From: a virus
Taxonomy: Duplodnaviria > Caudoviricetes
Virus record (IMG/VR): IMGVR_UViG_3300028832_000007
Location: 6,459-70,458 of that record
DNA length: 64,000 nt
Direction: 5' to 3' (one strand)
The notes under the pieces were generated by a model. It searched no databases and was not told the origin of the DNA. It was given only the letters and a program-made list of their open reading frames with translations. Positions 50,195 to 58,569 of the stretch are shown piece by piece. The translations under genes and the position numbers were made by a program. The stretch's first letter is position 1; the number at the start of each line of letters is the position of its first letter.

Positions 50195-50225
50195 AGGCCC
50201 CCTGCAGTGATGTACGGGGCCTTTT
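50195..50225 (+). terminator. GTGA-capped terminator
   Basis: AGGCCCC-C-TGCA-GTGA-TGTA-C-GGGGCCT-TTT. Confidence 0.8.
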
Positions 50226-50252
50226 GTTATAATAATTTTTTTTATATATTTG
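50223..50252 (+). promoter_or_regulatory. sigmaA-type promoter for TerL/portal
   Basis: TTTG-N18-TATATTTG, 6 nt before ATG 50259. Confidence 0.65.
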
Positions 50253-50258
50253 CGGTAT

Positions 50259-52004
50259 ATGTTTAGACTTAAGCCAGATCACGCCCCGTTTCCTCCTCTT
50301 TACGAGCATGTTGAGAGGAAAAAGGCTACGGTCAAAGACAAGGGCTACGACAAGGTTGGAGACTTTGTCCTGAGGGATAACGTTGACCTTATTCCTCAGG
50401 AGGGTCTACAGGAGAATCTCGCGAGGTGTATGTCTAATTTGATATTCATCTGCGGAGAAGCTACTTCTGGGAAGACGTTTGGCATGATGTTGAAAGCGCT
50501 GCAGGGCGTAGGCGTGTATGGATATACGGCCCGATTGATCAACGTCAGAAAGCTTGATTCCGCAAAGGGTACCAGTATGCAAAGAGACGGTCAGACGGTC
50601 TGGGGGAATTTTTCTAGCTGTGAGGTAACGACAGGCGAGCTCCCGACATTCTCCTGGCCCAAATGGAATAACGCCGTCCAATTTTTGCATGCGAATTTCA
50701 ACGCGGATAATCCTCAGGAATGGGACGAGTTCCAGGAGATGTATAAAAAGCAGCAGGCTGCACTGTTTATGTGCGATGAGGCAACTGCGATCGAGCAGTT
50801 CAAAATGTTTACGTACATCTTCTCCAGAAACAGGGATTCTTCTGGTGTTACACCCCAGACTATCCTGGCGTTCAACCCGAAATATGAGCATTGGACCACG
50901 GCTTTTTTGCTTGCTGCGGGCTATATCGGAGATGATTGGCACTTGAAGCCGGATTGGGACGGAAGGACGAGGTATTTCTATGTGAAAGGCGATGAGCCTT
51001 CGGATATTATTTGGGGTGACTCTCGGGAAGAGGTGGTCGCGGCTGCAAATATCAAGCTCAACAGCGAGGATAGGGCTGCCGGCCTGACCGAGGTCGACAT
51101 GGTTAAATCGTTTACGCTCTTTACTGGCCATGCATCCGGCAATAGAAAGCTTGTAAACGCTACTGGTGGGCAATCGGTCGCAAACCTGCATAATGTAGGT
51201 GCTACACAACGTGCCATCCTCGCAGAGGCGTATTTCGGTCCTTCGCTATCAAGCAGGTCGTCGATTACGAAGCAGATGATTGCTGAGCTGCCAAGTAATC
51301 CTATTAGCGACGATGAGAACATGTATGCTACAATGGATATTTCGGGAGCCGCGTCGTCGAAAGATCCGGATGTCTGCCAGATGGTGATATGGAAGGGACT
51401 TAGATTTATTGCTATAGAGTCATACCACGGGAACATGAAGGATATCGTGCCGTGGATAGAAGGAATGCTCGCGAAATATGGCGTACCGGTGTCAAATTTT
51501 GCGTTTGACGCTACGGGAATGGGTTTCTTCTTAAAAGATTATGTGAATGGATATCCGGTGACTTCGAATAAGACTGCGCTCCAGGAATACGATGAGAATG
51601 GAAATGCTGTCACGCTGGAGCAATATTTCAACGTTCGAAGTCAGCTGCTGGGGAAAATGAAAGTGCTCCTCGAGACTGGACGGATAAGCACGAGCATGGA
51701 TCTCGATACGAGAATTCCATATGGAAAGAAGGGGGAATTGAGAACGATTCGTGATATCCTGTTCGATGCCGTGGATTTGTTTGTGAGCACAACGAAGAAC
51801 AAGCGAATATATTATTTATCTAAGGATGAATACAAAGCCCGGCATCAGAAGAACTCTCCTGACCTTATGGATTCACTTTGTCTTAGGGCGGTCTTTGAAC
51901 TCGATGCGAGGCCGAAGAAGGCTCCTTCGCCGGAAATCGAGGATGATGCGTACGATGGCTTATTTGAGGATTACAGCGACGGACGTGCCGTTGTATATAT
52001 ATAA
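50259..52004 (+). CDS. terL: Terminase large subunit
   Basis: Walker A GEATSGKT, Walker B FMCDE, LAFNP coupling motif, nuclease ATMDIS..., AFDATGMG, SPDLMDSL. Confidence 0.88.
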   Translation: MFRLKPDHAPFPPLYEHVERKKATVKDKGYDKVGDFVLRDNVDLIPQEGLQENLARCMSNLIFICGEATSGKTFGMMLKALQGVGVYGYTARLINVRKLDSAKGTSMQRDGQTVWGNFSSCEVTTGELPTFSWPKWNNAVQFLHANFNADNPQEWDEFQEMYKKQQAALFMCDEATAIEQFKMFTYIFSRNRDSSGVTPQTILAFNPKYEHWTTAFLLAAGYIGDDWHLKPDWDGRTRYFYVKGDEPSDIIWGDSREEVVAAANIKLNSEDRAAGLTEVDMVKSFTLFTGHASGNRKLVNATGGQSVANLHNVGATQRAILAEAYFGPSLSSRSSITKQMIAELPSNPISDDENMYATMDISGAASSKDPDVCQMVIWKGLRFIAIESYHGNMKDIVPWIEGMLAKYGVPVSNFAFDATGMGFFLKDYVNGYPVTSNKTALQEYDENGNAVTLEQYFNVRSQLLGKMKVLLETGRISTSMDLDTRIPYGKKGELRTIRDILFDAVDLFVSTTKNKRIYYLSKDEYKARHQKNSPDLMDSLCLRAVFELDARPKKAPSPEIEDDAYDGLFEDYSDGRAVVYI

Positions 52005-52027
52005 AAATATTTATCGCGATTAAACCT

Positions 52028-53605
52028 ATGAATATCGGTGAACACTTAAAAAAGGACTATTGGGTGCGCAGAGTCACTCCTGATAGCGTTGGTGCGTATC
52101 CCCCATGCGGGAACAATTTGGGATATAGGAGGCCGAAGACCGGAGGTTTCGGCGTAGGCTATGTCAACCTGACGCAGGACACGTTCCTGAACGAGATTAA
52201 CGCTTCTGCTCATGAAATAAATTCGAGATTCATGAGCCAGCGTCCAATTTATAAGACAGAAAAGGATGCTGATGGCAAGACTAAGTATGTCTTGAATGGC
52301 TTCGATGACGTGGAAACTGTCGCCCTGGCCATTCAGGAGTTCATCGTCGGAAAGAAGATTTCCCATCTGACGGGAGATAAGTTCTGGGTGGCGAGCGAGG
52401 ATAAGGACGAGGAGGCGTTCCAGAAAGTGGAGTCCTGGATGGACTATGCCGGTTTTTGGGATGCATGGGTCGAGGCGGTTTCATATTGCGAGCGCGAGTG
52501 TGATTCTGCTCTATATTGGTGGTATGACGGGAATTCGCTCCAGTATGAGGTCTTTGCTTATGAGAAAGGGGACACCCTTTATCCTGGCATAGACGACGAG
52601 GGGCGCCCTGTGTTATATAGAGCCTATTCATTAAACGGGAAAAAAGCCGTGGACGTTTTTTCGGTGAAGTCTCGCGAGACATGGGTAAAGGTCGATACTG
52701 ACGAGGACGAAGGGAAAGCATGGTTTGACCAGGTCCTGAAGAGGCTTAAGGGATTTAGGTTCAACGAGGTCAGTGAAGATGGCTATCGCCTTATTTCCAG
52801 AAAGGATGCCCAGATCGGTAATGATGTTCTGCAAGTTATATATTTCCGTGTCCCGGATATTGCTACGGGTCCTGTCCAGGATTGTATCGTAAAATATGAA
52901 CGGGCTCATAGCTATATTGCTAATGAGGTGAAAGATAGCGCATTCCCGATTTTGTTCCTGAAAAGCGAGAAAATCGTCAATCTTCCACCAACGAGAATCA
53001 ACGGTAAGACTATCGGTGTAAAGGGAACGTCTGATAGTCTGGCTCATAGCGACGCCAAATTCTTGGCTCCGCCGGACGCTTCGAATATAGCGAAGACGAA
53101 TCTCGATACGCTGTGGAGCAATATCCTCCGAGGGTCTCTGACCTCCTTGGTCGAGCCTGTAGATATCCGGCAGGGGTCGGACAGCAGCACGACGATTAAG
53201 ATCATGTTCGCTCCAGATGTCGAATGGTGTCAGAATCGCTGGAAGTTCTATGCGAAGCCCGTCCGTCAGCTCGTTGAGGTGTTCAAGCGTCTTGTGGGTA
53301 AGGCCGAAAAAGATATTAAGAGATATGGTGATCTAAAGATATCTTGCGGACAGAATATTTGGCTTCCGTCTAACGAAGCTGAGCGCATAAAGATTGAGCT
53401 GGATCAGTATTATGCGGAGGTTAAGTCCAGGAAGGCCGTAATGGCGGATATCGGAAACTCTCATCTCGGAGATGCTGAACAAATCATGAAGGAGAAGGAG
53501 GAGGAGAAAGCTCTCGAGGCGAAGTATAACGTAAAGACGGCCGAGAATAATCCTGCCGTTCCTGACGTCACGAACCAGGCTAAGAAACAGCCGAGAAATA
53601 AATGA
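52028..53605 (+). CDS. Portal protein
   Basis: 525 aa, immediately after TerL and before the scaffold/capsid genes. Confidence 0.75.
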   Translation: MNIGEHLKKDYWVRRVTPDSVGAYPPCGNNLGYRRPKTGGFGVGYVNLTQDTFLNEINASAHEINSRFMSQRPIYKTEKDADGKTKYVLNGFDDVETVALAIQEFIVGKKISHLTGDKFWVASEDKDEEAFQKVESWMDYAGFWDAWVEAVSYCERECDSALYWWYDGNSLQYEVFAYEKGDTLYPGIDDEGRPVLYRAYSLNGKKAVDVFSVKSRETWVKVDTDEDEGKAWFDQVLKRLKGFRFNEVSEDGYRLISRKDAQIGNDVLQVIYFRVPDIATGPVQDCIVKYERAHSYIANEVKDSAFPILFLKSEKIVNLPPTRINGKTIGVKGTSDSLAHSDAKFLAPPDASNIAKTNLDTLWSNILRGSLTSLVEPVDIRQGSDSSTTIKIMFAPDVEWCQNRWKFYAKPVRQLVEVFKRLVGKAEKDIKRYGDLKISCGQNIWLPSNEAERIKIELDQYYAEVKSRKAVMADIGNSHLGDAEQIMKEKEEEKALEAKYNVKTAENNPAVPDVTNQAKKQPRNK

Positions 53606-53613
53606 TACTATCT

Positions 53614-53646
53614 AAGCCCGGGCTCGCTCTGAGTACCGGGCTTTTT
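53614..53646 (+). terminator. Intrinsic terminator after portal
   Basis: AAGCCCGG...CCGGGCTT-TTT. Confidence 0.8.
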
Positions 53647-53686
53647 ATAGAAAGGTGCCAAATTTTTCAAAAATCGTGCCAAAGAT

Positions 53687-53716
53687 TTTGTTTTTTATAC
53701 TTTTTTATTATTTTTG
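53687..53716 (+). promoter_or_regulatory. sigmaA-type promoter for head genes
   Basis: TTTG-N18-TATTTTTG. Confidence 0.6.
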
Positions 53717-53745
53717 CGATAGAAATCATTCTAACCTATAAACAT

Positions 53746-54435
53746 ATGTTCAAAGAAAAAATCGTTGAAGGGCTCAGGGCGAAATCTGAAATCAAGCGTT
53801 TCGGGCTGAGCAACGAGGCTATTGACCGGATTGCCGAGGCGAGACAAAAGACGGTCACAGAGGAATCTCAGGTCGAAACCGTCCTTACGGATGCAGAGAC
53901 TATGAGGCTTATCGCTGAGGAGCTGATGAAGCATCGCGACCAGGAAATCACTAAGAGGACCGAGACGCAGAACGCTTTTGAAGGCTACAAGGCAAAACAT
54001 CCCGAAAAGGACCCTGATCCGGACCCTGACCCGGACCCGCAGAAGCCAGATATCGCTAAGATTGTGGCCGACGCGGTAGCCGCAGCCGTGCAGCCGGTCA
54101 AGGAAGCTTTCGAGACCTTCAAGTCGCAGACAACGGCGAAGGAGGCGAAGTCCCTGGCAAAAGCTAAATTCTACGAAAACAAGTGGACTACAAAGTTCAA
54201 GGAGGAGGCTGATGACGCATGGGAGAGAGCTGACGAGCTGAATGCTGCGATGGGAGGCAGTATGACGCAGGAAGATCTGACGGCTAGAGCGACAGAGTAT
54301 TTCAACAAACTGGTTCAGCGTAAGGGCGCTGATGCCACGAAGCCTTTCGAGGACGACGGCGGCAAAACTGGCGAATTTGACTTCTCTGCTCAGGCCAAGT
54401 ATCTGGAAGGCGCAGGACTGATCCCGAAGGAGTAA
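53746..54435 (+). CDS. Capsid scaffolding protein (true start 53746)
   Basis: Charged helical protein with PDPDPDPDP linker, upstream of capsid genes. Confidence 0.65.
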   Translation: MFKEKIVEGLRAKSEIKRFGLSNEAIDRIAEARQKTVTEESQVETVLTDAETMRLIAEELMKHRDQEITKRTETQNAFEGYKAKHPEKDPDPDPDPDPQKPDIAKIVADAVAAAVQPVKEAFETFKSQTTAKEAKSLAKAKFYENKWTTKFKEEADDAWERADELNAAMGGSMTQEDLTARATEYFNKLVQRKGADATKPFEDDGGKTGEFDFSAQAKYLEGAGLIPKE

Positions 54436-54464
54436 AAATAAGTTTAACCCAAAAGTTGTGACCA

Positions 54465-54836
54465 ATGAAAAACTACGGAAACTCTTTTAATAGAGACTCG
54501 CAGGAATATGCGGCTGGCAAAGTGCCTATTTGGCTGCATACTGACGAGTTCTATCCTGCAGGTTGCACTCTGAACAATCAGACTCAGGGTTCAACCATCC
54601 CCGCCGGTTCTGTCGTATATGTAGCAAAAATGGGAGGTGAGGCTACAGTTCTCGCTCCTGATGCCGCTGCTCCGGAGACCGGTGTGACCGGCCTTCTCTT
54701 GGAGGACGTTTATATCGGTAATGTAGGTGCTACTGGCACCGTTGTAACAAAGGGACAGGTCCTCGCAAAGCGTATCCCGTCTATTTCCGCAGCCGTTAAG
54801 GCTCTTCTTCCTGGTATAACTTTCGTAAACGAGTAG
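54465..54836 (+). CDS. Head decoration/cement protein
   Basis: 123 aa, TGLLLEDV..G motif, between scaffold and MCP. Confidence 0.6.
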   Translation: MKNYGNSFNRDSQEYAAGKVPIWLHTDEFYPAGCTLNNQTQGSTIPAGSVVYVAKMGGEATVLAPDAAAPETGVTGLLLEDVYIGNVGATGTVVTKGQVLAKRIPSISAAVKALLPGITFVNE

Positions 54837-54840
54837 AACT

Positions 54841-56058
54841 ATGAATCAGTATTTTGGACTTGACACTCTGATGGCCTCCAATGGCATCATCTCGTCTGAA
54901 GCCTTTATGGCTTACTACCTCCAGGTTCTCTCCCGTCGCGAGAGTCAGAACCTGAACGAAATCGGTTTCGAAGAGTGGGATGTTCCCCAGATTGACTTCG
55001 ACTACAAGATGCTTGAGGTCGAAGACCAGATCAAAGTGATGGCCACCTATGTGGACCTCAACTCCGACCCGATTCCTCTCGGAACCAAGGGCTTTAACAC
55101 CCTGAGCGGTTCTATCCCTCGCCAGAAGGCTCGCTGGGAGCTGGGCGAAAACGACTATCGCAAGGAACTGGTTACCCTGCAGAACCTCCAGGTATCTGCC
55201 ACCTTCATGAACCAGTCCCCTGCTGAAAGTATCAACAACTATCTCGCCAAACTTCTGTTCGGCGGTCTGTCCGAGATTCAGGATGCCCATATAGGCTCTA
55301 TCTCCTATCAGGTCGGCCAGATGAAGTCCACCGGCGCCGTAACCCTCACCGATGCCAACAACCCTCGCGGTATCCAGAACATCACCTTCAGCGCCCAGAT
55401 TCCTAATGAAAACATTAAGACTCTGACCGGCACAGCCCGTTGGTTCACCAACGCAGACAAGACCACCGAAGGTTCTGCCTCCGACCCTGTCAACGACCTG
55501 AAGAAGATGGTTCGCGATGCCAAGGAAGTATACGACTCTGTGACCGTCGAGGTTAACGAGGAATCCTTCCTCGAGGATATGAAGCACAGCAAGTGGCAGG
55601 TTGCTCTGGGCTACCAGATGTCTCCTTCACTGCTAGTTTCTGCCGGTGTTACCGACGAGGCCAAGGCTACCGCCCGCGCTATCGCTGACACAGCTTCTGA
55701 CGACGCGATTAAGGCTGCTTTCAAGAAGGTTATCGGTACCGACGAGGTTATCTTCAACAAGACCCGATGCGGCGTAGAAGTGTGGGATGACAACCAGAAG
55801 AAGCTTGTGCGCAACAAGCTCTGGGCCTTCAACAAGGATACCTATCTGGTGCGTCCTTCCGGAAAGGTTGGCATCAAGAAGAACGTCGTTCCTCTTCGCC
55901 CTGATCCGAGCGCAATCAGCGCCACTATCTTCGGCGGCCACGGTATCATCGAGTACCGTTACGACGCTCGTACCAAGTATCAGGATTGGGTATCCGAACT
56001 CACCGTGCTGTGCGTTCCTACCCGTCCTCGTGACATGTTTATCCTTCATACGAAGTAG
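54841..56058 (+). CDS. Major capsid protein
   Basis: 405 aa, strong codon bias, canonical position. Confidence 0.8.
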   Translation: MNQYFGLDTLMASNGIISSEAFMAYYLQVLSRRESQNLNEIGFEEWDVPQIDFDYKMLEVEDQIKVMATYVDLNSDPIPLGTKGFNTLSGSIPRQKARWELGENDYRKELVTLQNLQVSATFMNQSPAESINNYLAKLLFGGLSEIQDAHIGSISYQVGQMKSTGAVTLTDANNPRGIQNITFSAQIPNENIKTLTGTARWFTNADKTTEGSASDPVNDLKKMVRDAKEVYDSVTVEVNEESFLEDMKHSKWQVALGYQMSPSLLVSAGVTDEAKATARAIADTASDDAIKAAFKKVIGTDEVIFNKTRCGVEVWDDNQKKLVRNKLWAFNKDTYLVRPSGKVGIKKNVVPLRPDPSAISATIFGGHGIIEYRYDARTKYQDWVSELTVLCVPTRPRDMFILHTK

Positions 56059-56060
56059 CT

Positions 56061-56504
56061 ATGATAACTGTCGAAGAATATTTGCGTAGTTTAACGCCCG
56101 GTCTTAACCTGCAGGATAATGTGGTGGCGAGAGCCGCACGGAGCCCGAAGGATGTCGGGTTGGACCCGCTTCCTCTTGATGAGGACATCGACTATATCGT
56201 CGACGGCCAGACGGGAGAGAGAACGCCTCGGGTAGATACTGATGGCGAATATCAGAAGCGGCTGGACTACGCCTCTTCGACGGTATACTATTCGGTACTG
56301 GGAGTTTTCGCTGGCGGAGGCTGTTCCGAAGAGGTCGGCGATGTCCGTGTCTCTCGCGGCGGATATACCATTACAATGGCGGACAGGGCTCGCTTCAAAG
56401 CGATGGGCGATGCCCTCCGCCGTAAATGGGGATTTGCTGAGGAAGACGAGGAGTCCACCAGTGAGATGTATGATGCGAGTTCTTTGAGATATGGAGCTAA
56501 TTAA
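56061..56504 (+). CDS. Head-tail adaptor
   Basis: Position; ...RFKAMGDALRRKWG motif. Confidence 0.6.
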   Translation: MITVEEYLRSLTPGLNLQDNVVARAARSPKDVGLDPLPLDEDIDYIVDGQTGERTPRVDTDGEYQKRLDYASSTVYYSVLGVFAGGGCSEEVGDVRVSRGGYTITMADRARFKAMGDALRRKWGFAEEDEESTSEMYDASSLRYGAN

Positions 56505-56847
56505 GTTTCGAGACCAATGCGTTATCTCCAGGGCGAGAGTCGGGCAGGACGGAAAACCTGTCCGAGACGAGTGGGACAACCCTCTCGCGCCCGAGGTTGT
56601 ATATACGGGTCCTTGCCTATATGAAGAAGGCGGTATGAGTTCCGCCTTGTCTATGGTGACCAGGTTCCCGACATTATATCTACCCGGTGCGTTTCCCGGC
56701 GTGAAGATAAATGATAGCGTCGATATCGAAACTGAGTTCGGACGTGAACTTCAGTCGGTGGTAAAGATTGTCCGCGATGTGAACATGCCTTTATACTCCG
56801 GCACGAAGATTACGAGGATTGAGCTAAAACAAGCACAGGGGGAATGA
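56491..56847 (+). CDS. Head closure/stopper protein
   Basis: Position and size. Confidence 0.55.
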   Translation: MELIKFRDQCVISRARVGQDGKPVRDEWDNPLAPEVVYTGPCLYEEGGMSSALSMVTRFPTLYLPGAFPGVKINDSVDIETEFGRELQSVVKIVRDVNMPLYSGTKITRIELKQAQGE

Positions 56848-56848
56848 C

Positions 56849-57460
56849 ATGGGTGTACGCAGTATCAATGGTAAAGCGTCCTGGGGTAAGACTTATCGTG
56901 GTTTTGCCCAGGCTTTGGCAGAAGCAGGAAAGCATCTGACCAAGCAAGGGGCGACAATCTTATCAGATGCTTGCGAGTCGTGGCTTCAGGACGTCGACAG
57001 TCAATGGCCGAGGGGCTCTCGTAATGACATCGTAAATCTGAACACGGGAAAAGTCCAGCGGACATACGGGGCATACGCTTCAGGGTATCGTGGAGGAGAC
57101 AAATACTTTCCATGGTACACGGGAAACCTTCACGACTCTTTGGCGACAGTCGTTACCGATGGCAACCGAGTGGTCGGGATACGCCAAATGCAGCCCGGTG
57201 CTACAGTAGCTCAATATGATGAAACGAGCGGGATTATTGACGGAACGGAGTGGGGTTTGCTTGTTGCGAATCGCGCTGCGCATGTTTTACTTGGAGGAGT
57301 TCAGGCGAAACTCGTCATAGGTGTCCCTTATGCTCAGAAGGTGGATGAAATGCCGGAGCATGCCGGATATGTCCACGAGCTCGAAGTTGATTTCGCTAGT
57401 ACGATGGAAAACGCATTGAATTATGAGTTTGGACGCACGAAAAACTTGATTATACGATGA
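56849..57460 (+). CDS. Neck / tail-completion protein (HK97 gp10-like)
   Basis: PWYTGNLHDS, IGVPYA motifs. Confidence 0.6.
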   Translation: MGVRSINGKASWGKTYRGFAQALAEAGKHLTKQGATILSDACESWLQDVDSQWPRGSRNDIVNLNTGKVQRTYGAYASGYRGGDKYFPWYTGNLHDSLATVVTDGNRVVGIRQMQPGATVAQYDETSGIIDGTEWGLLVANRAAHVLLGGVQAKLVIGVPYAQKVDEMPEHAGYVHELEVDFASTMENALNYEFGRTKNLIIR

Positions 57461-57909
57461 TTAACCCTTCAGACATACAACCCGACGTTGAGTTGCGCGA
57501 CGTTCTTAAAGGTCAAGTCCGTGTTGGCTTGGCTGGGGGAGGTTCTCAGATTATCCCCGTTTACGGAGACTGGGAACGCCCCACGAATGAGGCTCCGTCT
57601 GACTTCATAGCGATTTATATGAACGGCAGTGTGGAAGGTCTCTCTCGAGAGAATGGTTTTGCTCGGGGGCATCTTATCGTAGCTCTTCATTCCAAGATGA
57701 ATGATGACGGGACTGTCAAGAAAGCCCGTGTAAAAAAACTCCTGAAACAGTTTGAGGACCTTGTGATTAACAACGCGACCGAGAACTATTTCTTTGAATA
57801 CGAAATTCCCCAGTACATAACTCCCACTATACCGGATAGGACTACAGGCTATTCCGTGACAAGATTAAACCTTAAATGGCATACAACAAACAATTTTAAT
57901 TCAGAATAA
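57457..57909 (+). CDS. Tail terminator protein
   Basis: Position and size. Confidence 0.55.
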   Translation: MINPSDIQPDVELRDVLKGQVRVGLAGGGSQIIPVYGDWERPTNEAPSDFIAIYMNGSVEGLSRENGFARGHLIVALHSKMNDDGTVKKARVKKLLKQFEDLVINNATENYFFEYEIPQYITPTIPDRTTGYSVTRLNLKWHTTNNFNSE

Positions 57910-57911
57910 TT

Positions 57912-58508
57912 ATGGCTGTTCCAAAACTTGAAGCCGCTTCCAAGCTTTTTGCTGGACAGGGCGACCTCGTAATTTTTGACGAGATTCTCGATTACACCGG
58001 AAAGTCTCTCGCAAATCTGACCGTTACCAGCGGAGCTTCTGGCTCTTGCGGCCAGATCGTGCAGGACTCTACTAACTGGGAAGGAGAGGACGTGAACACC
58101 GAACAGATCCTGGACGAGCAGGGAAACCTTATCACCGCTCGCGTGACCGCCGGTACTCTCGGATTCTCTTTCGACATCGCATCCACCTCTCTCGGTATGG
58201 TCAAGAGATTCCTTGCCGGCGAGGATATTGAGGGCTCTGCTCTCGCTAGCCTCTTCGACGGCACCGTATCTGCAGTTGGTTTCGGTACCAAGCTGCCTGT
58301 GATGACACGTCCTATCGCTGTCGTGAACGATGAGCTGAACCGAGCATGGATCTACCCTAAGGCGAAGATCACCTCGAACCTGGCTTACTCTGACGGACTT
58401 TACCGTATCCATGCTGTTGTCCTGGCGGAGAATCTGGACGTCCGCGATCCAGAGGATTCTACCAAGCAGCTGCTTGCTACCGGCATGATCGTGGAGAAGG
58501 TCGCATAA
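57912..58508 (+). CDS. Major tail tube protein
   Basis: 198 aa, strong codon bias, followed by a terminator and the chaperone genes. Confidence 0.7.
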   Translation: MAVPKLEAASKLFAGQGDLVIFDEILDYTGKSLANLTVTSGASGSCGQIVQDSTNWEGEDVNTEQILDEQGNLITARVTAGTLGFSFDIASTSLGMVKRFLAGEDIEGSALASLFDGTVSAVGFGTKLPVMTRPIAVVNDELNRAWIYPKAKITSNLAYSDGLYRIHAVVLAENLDVRDPEDSTKQLLATGMIVEKVA

Positions 58509-58530
58509 TCAGTCTTAAACCTTATAGAAC

Positions 58531-58557
58531 GGGGCGGGCGTACTGCCCGCCTCTTTT
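58531..58557 (+). terminator. Intrinsic terminator after tail tube gene
   Basis: GGGGCGGGC-GTACT-GCCCGCCTC-TTTT. Confidence 0.85.
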
Positions 58558-58569
58558 AATTTTGCTTAT

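Noticed and set aside
50406-55587. Long - strand ORFs opposite TerL, scaffold and capsid (50406-51209, 53731-54465, 54796-55587)
   Set aside because: Antisense shadows of codon-biased structural genes with no motifs or initiation signals.
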